IMG/VR virus record: IMGVR_UViG_3300044712_000851
Span: 1-32,884 of that record
Direction: 5' to 3' (one strand)
DNA: 32,884 nucleotides
From: a virus
Taxonomy: Duplodnaviria; Heunggongvirae; Uroviricota; Caudoviricetes
The notes under the pieces were generated by a model. The model worked only from the letters and a program-made list of their open reading frames with translations. It was not told the origin of the DNA and made no database searches. The translations under genes and the position numbers were made by a program. Of this stretch, positions 7,472-15,784 are shown piece after piece (the first letter of the stretch is position 1; each line of letters begins with the position of its first letter).

Positions 7472-7684
7472 ATGACATCAGCAGAACAAAATCTTCTTAA
7501 GAAATACGGCAAGATCTTTTTAGTGGGTTGGATACTCGTTATTTTAATAATTGGACTGACTGGGTTTGGTATTTGGTTTAACGACTCGAAGTCCGCCAAT
7601 GCCCAAGTTGGCTATTGGAACAAGCTCCGTGATCAGGTAGGAAAAGAGACCGTAATTAGACAGATAAACGAATATAATAGGTAG
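7472..7684 (+). CDS. Single-pass membrane protein
   Basis: IFLVGWILVILIIGLTGFGIWF. Confidence 0.75.
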   Translation: MTSAEQNLLKKYGKIFLVGWILVILIIGLTGFGIWFNDSKSANAQVGYWNKLRDQVGKETVIRQINEYNR

Positions 7685-7721
7685 ACTGTGTTTTTCCTCT
7701 TCATTTAGCCTCACCCAAACT

Positions 7722-7750
7722 TTTACAATTTCTGACAAAGTCTTTATGAT
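7722..7750 (+). promoter_or_regulatory. Promoter (leaderless for the 7757 ORF)
   Basis: TTTACA(7722-7727)-17 nt-TATGAT(7745-7750), then 6 nt, then ATG 7757. Confidence 0.6.
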
Positions 7751-7756
7751 GAATAT

Positions 7757-7939
7757 ATGGCTATTGAAATCTACTCCTCATCTCCAACTAAGGACGACTT
7801 AATCGAATGGTTTCATGAGTTTGTTGCCGAGGGTAGAAACAAGTTAGCTGATAGGGCTTTTAAAGAAGCCACAGAAATTTCACACAGAGAAGATCAATCC
7901 CGTCTTTCGTCCCTTCGTAGAGAACTTTCGTCTTATTAA
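7757..7939 (+). CDS. Hypothetical protein
   Basis: 60-aa ORF after a promoter. Confidence 0.65.
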   Translation: MAIEIYSSSPTKDDLIEWFHEFVAEGRNKLADRAFKEATEISHREDQSRLSSLRRELSSY

Positions 7940-7943
7940 TTAA

Positions 7944-8429
7944 ATGAGAAAAGAAATATACATCGCCATGGCTGTTGGAGGAGCCCTCTTGTCTACAGCA
8001 GCATTTACTCAAAAACAAAGAGCTGCTATTATTGAAAGAGATGAGGGTAAATGCCAAGCTACTGTCCCCCATCAACACAGCACTGCTAAGTACCCGCTCG
8101 AAGTAGACCACGTTATTCCTCAGCGTTATGCAGAAAAAATCGGACTCCCAGATGTTGATATTCCAGAGAACGCTTTAACCAAATGTCGCAATGCTCATGA
8201 TCTCAAACACAGGGATAGAATAGCCGCTAGGGAGAAGTGGGCGGAGAGTCATAATGGGTCTTTTGAGTCCATGTTTAAAGAAAGAAATGAAAAACTTGAA
8301 AATGGTGAAGTTTATTGGGATACTACATATGATAGGCAAGATATGGTTCAAGCATTAAAAAGGACTCAAATTGCCAAAAAGAAAGGGTGGATATTTCCAG
8401 CCAAGAGGAAAACAAAGAATGAAGAATAA
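7944..8429 (+). CDS. HNH endonuclease-like protein
   Basis: IIERDEGKCQ, EVDHVIP, ENALTKCRNAHDLKH. Confidence 0.65.
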   Translation: MRKEIYIAMAVGGALLSTAAFTQKQRAAIIERDEGKCQATVPHQHSTAKYPLEVDHVIPQRYAEKIGLPDVDIPENALTKCRNAHDLKHRDRIAAREKWAESHNGSFESMFKERNEKLENGEVYWDTTYDRQDMVQALKRTQIAKKKGWIFPAKRKTKNEE

Positions 8430-9183
8430 AGTTTTTGCTATAGCTGACATTCATGGGTGTTATAAGACACTTATGGCTTTAATGGAAAAATTACCAATAG
8501 ACTTAGAAAATGATCAGGTTGTTTTTGTTGGTGACTATACAGATCGCGGACCAAGATCCAAACAGGTTATTACCCAACTAATGAAATGGGAGAAAGAACA
8601 CCCTACTTGGAAGTTTTTATATGGCAATCACGAAGATCTACTTCTCGATGCTTTAGTTTACAAGGGTAGGCAATACCACATGTATGATCTTTGGTGGGGA
8701 CAGGGCGGTAAAGAAACTGCTATGAGCTATGTTCCAAAAGGTCGCACAGCTTACGAAAAAGCTATCACTCCAGTTAAAGACTCCATTCCATACACCCATC
8801 TTAAATGGCTTATGGATCGTCCTTACTATGCCGAGTTTGGAGATTACTTTTTTGTTCACGGGGCGGTTATTCCTGGAACATCTCTGGAAGATTTGAAAGA
8901 AAAGCTTGACTCTCCTCTTCCAAACGATGAAAAACAATCTGTCATATGGGGACGAGACCTTTTTATATTTTCCAAGTATAACTGGGGAAAGAAAATAGTA
9001 TTTGGTCATACAGCCGACTACGACGGTAGATACCATGCCCCTCCAGGTGGAGATCCATTTCAACCCATCGTCAGGAAGAATAAAATAGGAATTGACTGTG
9101 CTGTTTGTCCTCCAGCTTGTAACAAACTATGTGCTGTTGAACTGCCTTCTGAAACTTTTTACTTTCAGGACTACGTGGACTGA
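8419..9183 (+). CDS. Ser/Thr protein phosphatase (lambda PP/PrpA-like metallophosphoesterase)
   Basis: DIHGC, GDYTDRGP, GNHE, FVHG, VFGHT, IGIDC; ATG 8419 preferred over the TTG at 8371. Confidence 0.85.
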   Translation: MKNKVFAIADIHGCYKTLMALMEKLPIDLENDQVVFVGDYTDRGPRSKQVITQLMKWEKEHPTWKFLYGNHEDLLLDALVYKGRQYHMYDLWWGQGGKETAMSYVPKGRTAYEKAITPVKDSIPYTHLKWLMDRPYYAEFGDYFFVHGAVIPGTSLEDLKEKLDSPLPNDEKQSVIWGRDLFIFSKYNWGKKIVFGHTADYDGRYHAPPGGDPFQPIVRKNKIGIDCAVCPPACNKLCAVELPSETFYFQDYVD

Positions 9184-9197
9184 AAATTGCTCCAAGA

Positions 9198-9217
9198 TAG
9201 GCTTATAAAAAAGCCTA
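9198..9217. terminator. Stem-loop, possible terminator
   Basis: TAGGCTT-ATAAAA-AAGCCTA after the phosphatase stop; no immediate U-tract. Confidence 0.4.
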
Positions 9218-9266
9218 GTATCTATTGTGTTTTTATCTCTTTCTTGATAGATTATATATACCGCTC

Positions 9267-11288
9267 ATGAATACAAATACAAGAGGTTCTGTCGTCCCTG
9301 AAAAAATTAAGTCGTCTTTTAAAGAGTCAGAAAAGTACTTCCCTACACAATTACAACAATTCCAGTTTTTTGATAAATATTCCCGCTTCGATTGGGATAA
9401 AGGACATCGAGAAACTTGGATGGAAACAGTTGACCGAAGTGTAGACTTTCTAAAAGAACTCAGTCTCAACAAACTTTCTCCAGAAGAATACAGTGAAATC
9501 CGTCAGTACATCCTCGAAATGAAGGCTACTCCTTCTATGCGTCTTCTTGCTATGGCTGGTAAGGCGGCGCGTAGGCAAAACGTCTGTATCTACAATTGTT
9601 CCTTTATGCCTGTCGACAGTATTGATGCATGGGTTGAAGCACTTATTATTTCCATGTCTGGATGTGGTGTTGGATTTTCAGTCGAGAAACAATTTGTAGA
9701 TAAACTCCCCTTTGTCATTTCACAGACAAATACCGATCCAATTAATCATGTTATCGAAGATACTACAGAGGGCTGGGCAAAGGCGGTTAAGACTGGGTTG
9801 GAATCTTGGTTTGATGGTCATGATATTGCTTTTGATTACTCACAGATTCGTCCAGCAGGTGCGGTACTTAAAGTTAAGGGTGGTAGGGCTTCAGGTCCAG
9901 AGCCACTCAAAAAAATGCTCGACTTTGCACGTAAAGTCATTCTTAATGCTCAAGGAAGAAAACTCACCTCCCTCGAAGCTCATGACATTATGTGCGAGGT
10001 CGGCAATGCAGCTGTATCAGGCGGAATGAGACGCACTGCAATGATTTCCCTTTTTGACTTTGATGATGATGAAATGAGGAACTGTAAGAATGGAGATCTT
10101 ACGGGTAATGAACAAAGATGGAATGCAAATAACTCAGCTGTTTGGCCTGCAACGATTACAGATACCGACATTAAAAGACAGTTTAAGGAAATGGATGAGG
10201 GTCAACGTGGAGAACCTGGAATCTTTAGTCGCGATGCAGCAAGATCCACAATGCCAACTCGAAGACTGGCTTTGGGTGAAGAGGCTTGGGGTACTAATCC
10301 TTGTGGAGAGATAGTTCTACGTCCTTATGAGTTTTGTAACCTCACAATCGCTGTAGCGAGACCAGACGACACGATAGAAACCCTTAAGGATAAAGTTAGG
10401 GTTGCATCTATAATTGGAACTATTCAATCAATGGGAACAGACTTTCCAGGATTACGGCCTCAGTGGAAGAAAAATTGTGAAGAAGAAAGGTTGTTAGGAG
10501 TCGATATTACTGGGCAGTTGGATTGTCCCATCTTTAATCAAATGTTACAAGATGACGAAGGATATCGAAAGGCATCAGAAGCATTCAAGATTTTAAGAGA
10601 CGTTGCGGTTGAGACAAACAGAGTCTACGCGCAGAGACTAGGAATCAATCAATCCGCGTCAGTTACTTGTGTTAAACCATCAGGAAATTCATCTCAATTA
10701 TTTGGATGCTCTTCAGGTCTTCATGCAAGACATTTCCCTTATTACATCCGCAATGTCAGAGTTTCCGCTCACAGTCCAATCTTCAGCGTCCTCAAGGATG
10801 CAGGAGTTCCAATGGACCCAGAGAACGGTCAGAAAGCAGAAACAGCCGAAACATGGGTTATACACTTCCCAGCCAAGTCTCCAGATGGCGGAAAGATTCA
10901 AGATGATATGACAGTTGAAGATCAGTGCAATGTTTGGCTTAACAACAAACTCAATTGGACAGAACACAATCCGTCATGCACGATTACCTATAAACCAGAT
11001 GAACTAGAGGCATTGACTAATTGGGTAATTAAAAACAAGGATAATGTTGGAGGTCTTTCTTTCTTGCCTCGTTTGGATGCTAAATACGACCAGATGCCAT
11101 ATGAACCCATTTCAGAAAAGCAGTATAATGTGCTCTTATCTGAATTCCCTGCTATAGATTTCAGCCGACTTTACATTTATGAACTAGAAGATTACACTAA
11201 AGCTGCACAGGAACTTGCTTGTATGAGCGGGGCTTGTGAAATTGATTACCAGCCTAATGCGAACGCATCGACTGGGCAGAGTAAGTAG
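9267..11288 (+). CDS. nrdJ: Class II (adenosylcobalamin-dependent) ribonucleotide reductase, monomeric type
   Basis: IYNCSF, GGMRRTA, TNPCGEI, FCNL, TCVKPSGNSSQL, C-terminal ACMSGACEI redox pair; ATG 9267. Confidence 0.9.
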   Translation: MNTNTRGSVVPEKIKSSFKESEKYFPTQLQQFQFFDKYSRFDWDKGHRETWMETVDRSVDFLKELSLNKLSPEEYSEIRQYILEMKATPSMRLLAMAGKAARRQNVCIYNCSFMPVDSIDAWVEALIISMSGCGVGFSVEKQFVDKLPFVISQTNTDPINHVIEDTTEGWAKAVKTGLESWFDGHDIAFDYSQIRPAGAVLKVKGGRASGPEPLKKMLDFARKVILNAQGRKLTSLEAHDIMCEVGNAAVSGGMRRTAMISLFDFDDDEMRNCKNGDLTGNEQRWNANNSAVWPATITDTDIKRQFKEMDEGQRGEPGIFSRDAARSTMPTRRLALGEEAWGTNPCGEIVLRPYEFCNLTIAVARPDDTIETLKDKVRVASIIGTIQSMGTDFPGLRPQWKKNCEEERLLGVDITGQLDCPIFNQMLQDDEGYRKASEAFKILRDVAVETNRVYAQRLGINQSASVTCVKPSGNSSQLFGCSSGLHARHFPYYIRNVRVSAHSPIFSVLKDAGVPMDPENGQKAETAETWVIHFPAKSPDGGKIQDDMTVEDQCNVWLNNKLNWTEHNPSCTITYKPDELEALTNWVIKNKDNVGGLSFLPRLDAKYDQMPYEPISEKQYNVLLSEFPAIDFSRLYIYELEDYTKAAQELACMSGACEIDYQPNANASTGQSK

Positions 11289-11643
11289 ACTACAGCAACA
11301 GTGTGATTTAGAATTCTCCAAGTTAATTAGAGCAAAAGGTGTTTGTGAGAAGTGTGGAACAAAAAACACAGCTTTCGATACTGCCCATATAATTGGCCGA
11401 AAAAACCTAACACTCCGTTGGGATATAATGAATGCCCTCTGTCTATGTAGGGGATGTCATTTGTATGCCCACCAAAACCCCAAGAACTTCATGAAATGGT
11501 TTGAATCTTCATTTAAGGAAAGATTTGACTATCTTGAGAGGGCAAAAAATATTATATCGTTTAGGTCTGAGGAGGATTACGAGAAGTTGTTAGAGAATCT
11601 CAAAGGGAGAGAGTTCTGGGGGCTTATTCAAATTATTGAGTAA
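11257..11643 (+). CDS. NinG/Rap-like HNH-type recombination nuclease
   Basis: CEKCG, TAHIIGRKNLTLRWDIMNALCLCRGCH; start uncertain. Confidence 0.7.
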   Translation: MRTHRLGRVSRLQQQCDLEFSKLIRAKGVCEKCGTKNTAFDTAHIIGRKNLTLRWDIMNALCLCRGCHLYAHQNPKNFMKWFESSFKERFDYLERAKNIISFRSEEDYEKLLENLKGREFWGLIQIIE

Positions 11644-12072
11644 TCTAGTTGAGTGGTCCTTAGTTCTACGTCTCTGGTCTTGCATTTGCTGTAACTTTTT
11701 GTGTTCTGGGCAACAATATTTGATTCTTCTATCTCCACTGGGTAAAGGAAACTCTGTATGACACCACTTACACACGCCACTTCTATCCACTTTTTGTTTA
11801 AGTTTTTCTTCTGATCTAGCCTTTTTGATTGAGGCATAGTCGACGTTATTTCTATTAAGAATTAGTCTGATAGCCTCACGACTTAGATTGAATTTTCGAG
11901 CAACATCTGCGGCGGATTTATGTTGATTAAGTATCATATCGACAATAGAGACATCCCTATCGTTTCGGTTTAATATGTAGCTTTTTCTTAGTTGTTCTCG
12001 GTAGCAGTTTTTACACCTTTGTGTCTTAGGTGTCGAGGTTATTCCACCGCACGAAATACATATTCCGTGCAT
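11590..12072 (-). CDS. HTH transcriptional regulator with flanking Zn fingers
   Basis: CISCG..CKNC; HTH SAADVARKFNLSREAIRLIL; CKWC..YCC; the only well-supported minus-strand gene, with its own promoter; ATG 12072 lies next to the predicted TSS. Confidence 0.75.
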   Translation of the reverse strand: MHGICISCGGITSTPKTQRCKNCYREQLRKSYILNRNDRDVSIVDMILNQHKSAADVARKFNLSREAIRLILNRNNVDYASIKKARSEEKLKQKVDRSGVCKWCHTEFPLPSGDRRIKYCCPEHKKLQQMQDQRRRTKDHSTRLLNNLNKPPELSPFEIL

Positions 12073-12080
12073 ATAGGCAT

Positions 12081-12123
12081 ATACTAACACTGATTTGCAA
12101 AACTGTCAAGTAATATTTAAAAT
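12081..12123. promoter_or_regulatory. Overlapping divergent promoters
   Basis: Minus: TTGACA(12109-12104)-17-TG.TAGTAT(12086-12081). Plus: TTGCAA(12095-12100)-17-TAAAAT(12118-12123). Confidence 0.7.
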
Positions 12124-12294
12124 GGTATCAGAAGACATCAGAGTGGATCATGGTTGCCCTATCGGCAATCGTTTCCCGAATAAAGGTAAGTGGGTGATTT
12201 AAGTAGGTGCCCACGGGCATCTTCTATAAAACCTCCCTATAAGAGTGTTGGTCAGGAAACATCACCAATAGGGCTAATTAATAATAATAACAAT

Positions 12295-12741
12295 ATGGCA
12301 AAAAAGCAAACTGACTATAGTCGCGGGTACAGATTAGTTGAACACCTAGAGGGTGGAGGAAACTTGGTTCAATTTGCCAAGTCTGAGGGTATTAGTAAAC
12401 AAAGGGTGTCTCAAATGATCGATGAATTGAATATAAGGGACTTCTATAAAGATATTCTCAAAAAGAGAAAGTCACGCAAGACTAATAAACTTAAAGCCTT
12501 TTTAAGACATTTTGATCGTCGATATTGTAACTATTGTGGAAAACAATACTCCCATGCTCTGAGACCTTTATCTGTTTATTGTTCTCCCTACTGTCACGAT
12601 ATGGCAATTAAGTACAGGGAACGGATTAGATTGAGAAAATATTACAATGAAACCTTTAACGGTCAAATGTACAGACAAGCCCTCTATGCACTACGAAAAG
12701 AGAAGAGACGTGAGGCTAAACTTGACAAACTACAAAAATAG
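12295..12741 (+). CDS. HTH regulator with Zn finger
   Basis: NLVQFAKSEGISKQRVSQMIDEL (HTH); YCNYCGK..YCSPYC; ATG 12295. Confidence 0.7.
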   Translation: MAKKQTDYSRGYRLVEHLEGGGNLVQFAKSEGISKQRVSQMIDELNIRDFYKDILKKRKSRKTNKLKAFLRHFDRRYCNYCGKQYSHALRPLSVYCSPYCHDMAIKYRERIRLRKYYNETFNGQMYRQALYALRKEKRREAKLDKLQK

Positions 12742-12751
12742 GTGTTATCTT
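12722..12751 (+). promoter_or_regulatory. Extended -10 promoter (leaderless for the 12758 ORF)
   Basis: TTGACA(12722-12727)-18 nt-TG.TATCTT(12746-12751), then 6 nt, then ATG 12758. Confidence 0.65.
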
Positions 12752-12757
12752 TAAAAA

Positions 12758-13159
12758 ATGAACTTTCTTGCCCGATTGTTTAACAAAACCAAAAACTGGC
12801 AACTCATTGGAGCAACAACTACAGATCCACAGCCAGTAACTCCAGAAATATTGGGAAAGGTATCTGATGATACCATCCAAAAAATGTTATTCGGAACAAC
12901 TTCTTATGTTTGGGAAGATCAGGATACTCACGATATTAGAAAGCAAGAAGTCCTTGGTTCTGAAGAAACATCTCTCAGGCAAGTCTTGTCTCGTGTGGAT
13001 ATGTGGGGTAGGTTTGAAGTTCAGTTAGACGGCAAAAAATATATAGTAGTTAAGGTTCAATCTCCAGTTCTTCCAGTCGTATCAGAAAATCCTGCACCAA
13101 TTCTCCCTTCTTTACCTCCAATCTCTTTGGATGACGTGGGGAAATTACCAGTGAGATAA
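12758..13159 (+). CDS. Hypothetical protein
   Basis: 133-aa ORF with a Pro-rich C-terminus; first gene of the chaperonin unit. Confidence 0.75.
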   Translation: MNFLARLFNKTKNWQLIGATTTDPQPVTPEILGKVSDDTIQKMLFGTTSYVWEDQDTHDIRKQEVLGSEETSLRQVLSRVDMWGRFEVQLDGKKYIVVKVQSPVLPVVSENPAPILPSLPPISLDDVGKLPVR

Positions 13160-13162
13160 AGT

Positions 13163-13429
13163 ATGGCTGCCATAGTACCACTAAATAATTACGTCGTTGT
13201 TGTTGAAGCTATTACAGACCCGATTAAAAAGGGTAGGTTTTATTCGACTGATGAAGTACATGAAATCAAAAGAGGATCTGTTGTGGGTGACAAATCTCAG
13301 GGAAAAGAGTCCCTTTTGGATAAAGAAGTTTTCTACAAGACAGAGGATGCGATTAGTTTGAAGTTTAATGATGAAAATTTAGTCATAATCGATAAGTCTA
13401 AATTATTAGCTTTTACATATAATGCCTAA
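13163..13429 (+). CDS. groES: Divergent GroES-like co-chaperonin
   Basis: IVPLNNYVVV, RGSVVG, EVFY, LVIIDKSKLLA; directly upstream of groEL. Confidence 0.75.
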   Translation: MAAIVPLNNYVVVVEAITDPIKKGRFYSTDEVHEIKRGSVVGDKSQGKESLLDKEVFYKTEDAISLKFNDENLVIIDKSKLLAFTYNA

Positions 13430-15044
13430 AGTAAAGAAAAAGATTTTATTTAACAAAGATGCCAGACAAGCTCTGATTAGAGGAGTCTCTGTTTTGGCTA
13501 AAGCAGTTACGACTACGCTTGGTCCACGCGGAAGGAACGTTGGTTTGGGGAGAAAATGGAATGCTCCTAAGGTTGTTCACGACGGTGTCTCTGTTGCCAA
13601 AGAAGTAGAAGTCGATGATCCATTTGAACAGATGGGTGTGGACATGGTTAGAGAAGCAGCAGAAAAAACCAATACTCAAGCTGGTGATGGAACAACCACT
13701 TCAATTCTATTAGCCGAACAAATAGCCTTAGCTGGAGACAAAGAAGTTGAAACACATGGAGCAAACCCAATGGCTATTCAACGAGGTCTTCAAACCGCTG
13801 GTGAGATAGTCTCCAAAAAACTTCTAGAGATGACTTCTTCAATTGATAGTTCAGAACAAATTACCCAAGTCGCCACTGTCTCTTCAGCTGACCCCGAGGT
13901 TGGTAAAAAGATTGCTGAAGCAGTTGAACGTGTCGGTAAAAAAGGAGTCATTTATGTAGAAGAGGGTAAGGGATTGGATACTTCGATAGAATACAAAGAA
14001 GGTATGGAATTTGACCGAGGTTATGCTTCACCTTACTTTGTCACAGATAATGAACGAGAGGAAACTGAAGTTTCTAATCCATACATCTTTATGACTGCCG
14101 AAAGGATAGTTACCAACAAGCAAATTATGCCTATCCTTAATGCAATTGGAAACATTGAAAAGTCAGATGGTTTTAATGTAGTTATTATTGCTGACAAAGT
14201 AGATTATGAAGCTTTGGGTACTTTATTTGTCAATCACTCAAAAGGAGTCTTGGGTGCTATCCCTATAGAAGCTCCAGGATTCGGAGATAAGCGCGAGGAA
14301 ATACTTGAAGACATCGCGGTTCTTACTGGTGGTCAAGTCTTTTCACCTAAAAAAGGAATGTCTTTTGATCAAATAGACCCGTCAATCTTTGGTAGGGCTG
14401 ATAAAGTTTGGTCTGGCAAGAGTTCCTCAAAAATAATTGGAGGAAAGGGAGACACAGAAGTTATTTCTCTTCGTGTTAAACAACTTGAGAATCAGTTGTC
14501 AAAAGAAACCTCTGAATTTGAAAGAGAAAAAATTGAAGAAAGAATTGCGAGACTTGTGGGAAGTGTTGCGATAATCAATGTTGGGGCTGCAACAGAGACA
14601 GAACTTCACGACAGGAAAGAAAGAATGGTTGATGCTGTTGCTGCTACTAAGGCAGCTGTAGCCGAGGGTATTTTGCCTGGAGGTGGAATAGCCTTACTTC
14701 GTGCGAGAGAAGAACTTAAAAAGACCACCGTTGAAAATCCAGAGGAGCAAATAGGAATCAACATCTTATATGAAGTATTAGGAAGACCAGTTGAGAGACT
14801 TCTTGAACTTGCCAATATTAAAGACTCAAAGACAGCCCTAAAGGAAATAATGAGTTCTAAAGATCCTAACTATGGATGCAATGTTTCTACTGGTGAAATG
14901 GGAGATCTTATAAAATTGGGAATTATCGATCCGACAAAAGTTATCCGCACCGCTCTTCAAAATGCCATATCAGTTGCTGGAATTGTCATTACCACAGAGG
15001 TTTTGATCGCTGTTACGGATATTGTGGAAGGAGGCGAGTCTTAA
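13422..15044 (+). CDS. groEL: Chaperonin GroEL
   Basis: TLGPRGRNV, AGDGTTT, EGMEFDRGYASPYF, APGFGDKR, EGILPGGG, GIIDPTKVIRTALQNA. Confidence 0.97.
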   Translation: MPKVKKKILFNKDARQALIRGVSVLAKAVTTTLGPRGRNVGLGRKWNAPKVVHDGVSVAKEVEVDDPFEQMGVDMVREAAEKTNTQAGDGTTTSILLAEQIALAGDKEVETHGANPMAIQRGLQTAGEIVSKKLLEMTSSIDSSEQITQVATVSSADPEVGKKIAEAVERVGKKGVIYVEEGKGLDTSIEYKEGMEFDRGYASPYFVTDNEREETEVSNPYIFMTAERIVTNKQIMPILNAIGNIEKSDGFNVVIIADKVDYEALGTLFVNHSKGVLGAIPIEAPGFGDKREEILEDIAVLTGGQVFSPKKGMSFDQIDPSIFGRADKVWSGKSSSKIIGGKGDTEVISLRVKQLENQLSKETSEFEREKIEERIARLVGSVAIINVGAATETELHDRKERMVDAVAATKAAVAEGILPGGGIALLRAREELKKTTVENPEEQIGINILYEVLGRPVERLLELANIKDSKTALKEIMSSKDPNYGCNVSTGEMGDLIKLGIIDPTKVIRTALQNAISVAGIVITTEVLIAVTDIVEGGES

Positions 15045-15148
15045 TGAGATTTGGTGAAGTTTTAGCTCTTCTTATTTTGAGGCTTTTTGGTCTTATAGAT
15101 AACAAGATGATTGCTCGTTATTTACGACAGGTTCATAGCTTATGGTAA
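15044..15148 (+). CDS. 34-aa hypothetical peptide
   Basis: MRFGEVLALLILRLFGLIDNKMIARYLRQVHSLW; TAATG overlap with groEL; ends inside the next gene start. Confidence 0.45.
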   Translation: MRFGEVLALLILRLFGLIDNKMIARYLRQVHSLW

Positions 15149-15684
15149 AGATCACAGAAAAAGACGGTAAACAGTTTGCCAATATTGATGAATTGTTTCG
15201 TTGGGAAAAAAACCCAAAGATTGTTCTTCGGGAAGACTTTGACAGACTTAAGAAACATATTCAGAAGTTTGGTCAGTTCAAACCTATTATCATTACTCCA
15301 GATGGAGAGGTTATAGGTGGAAATTCACGTCTTGAAGCACTTCGAGATTTGGGAATTAAAGAAATATGGGTATCTGTTGTAGAACCAAAGGACGAAGCCG
15401 AAAAAATTGAGATAGCCCTAGCCGATAACGATGAAGTGGGTAAATATGTTGAGGAAGATCTAGCAATGCTCATTACTGATTTGGATGAGCCTTTTCCAAT
15501 GGAAGATTACAAAGTTAATGTAGGAAAGGATATCGATCTAAACGAGTTACTTAAAAAGCTTGGACCTACGGATGACAAAGATATTGAAGGGGAAAAAGAT
15601 GAAGATTTAGACGATTTACAGACGATTACCTGCCCAAAGTGTGGACACGAATTTACGGTTTTAAAAGAAAAGAAAGGTAAGTAG
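15142..15684 (+). CDS. ParB/Srx-like N-terminal domain protein with C-terminal Zn ribbon
   Basis: KNPK, IQKFGQFKPIII, IGGNSRLEAL, LADN; CPKCGHEF. Confidence 0.8.
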   Translation: MVKITEKDGKQFANIDELFRWEKNPKIVLREDFDRLKKHIQKFGQFKPIIITPDGEVIGGNSRLEALRDLGIKEIWVSVVEPKDEAEKIEIALADNDEVGKYVEEDLAMLITDLDEPFPMEDYKVNVGKDIDLNELLKKLGPTDDKDIEGEKDEDLDDLQTITCPKCGHEFTVLKEKKGK

Positions 15685-15686
15685 GT

Positions 15687-15771
15687 TTTGGGTTGGGTAT
15701 GGGGAAGATGAGGTATAACCCAAGCGAGCGTAAATCTCGATAAGTCTCTCCCGAACGTACCCAACACCAAA
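15687..15771 (+). ncRNA. Candidate structured RNA or DNA element
   Basis: About 20-bp interrupted stem (15687-15708 with 15747-15771) enclosing small hairpins; paired by eye. Confidence 0.35.
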
Positions 15772-15784
15772 GTTTATTTATCAA

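Noticed and set aside
8419-9183. ApaH Ap4A hydrolase partnering the synthetases
   Set aside because: GDYTDRGP fits the lambda/PrpA phosphatase type better than ApaH (GDLVARGP); side activity is not excluded.
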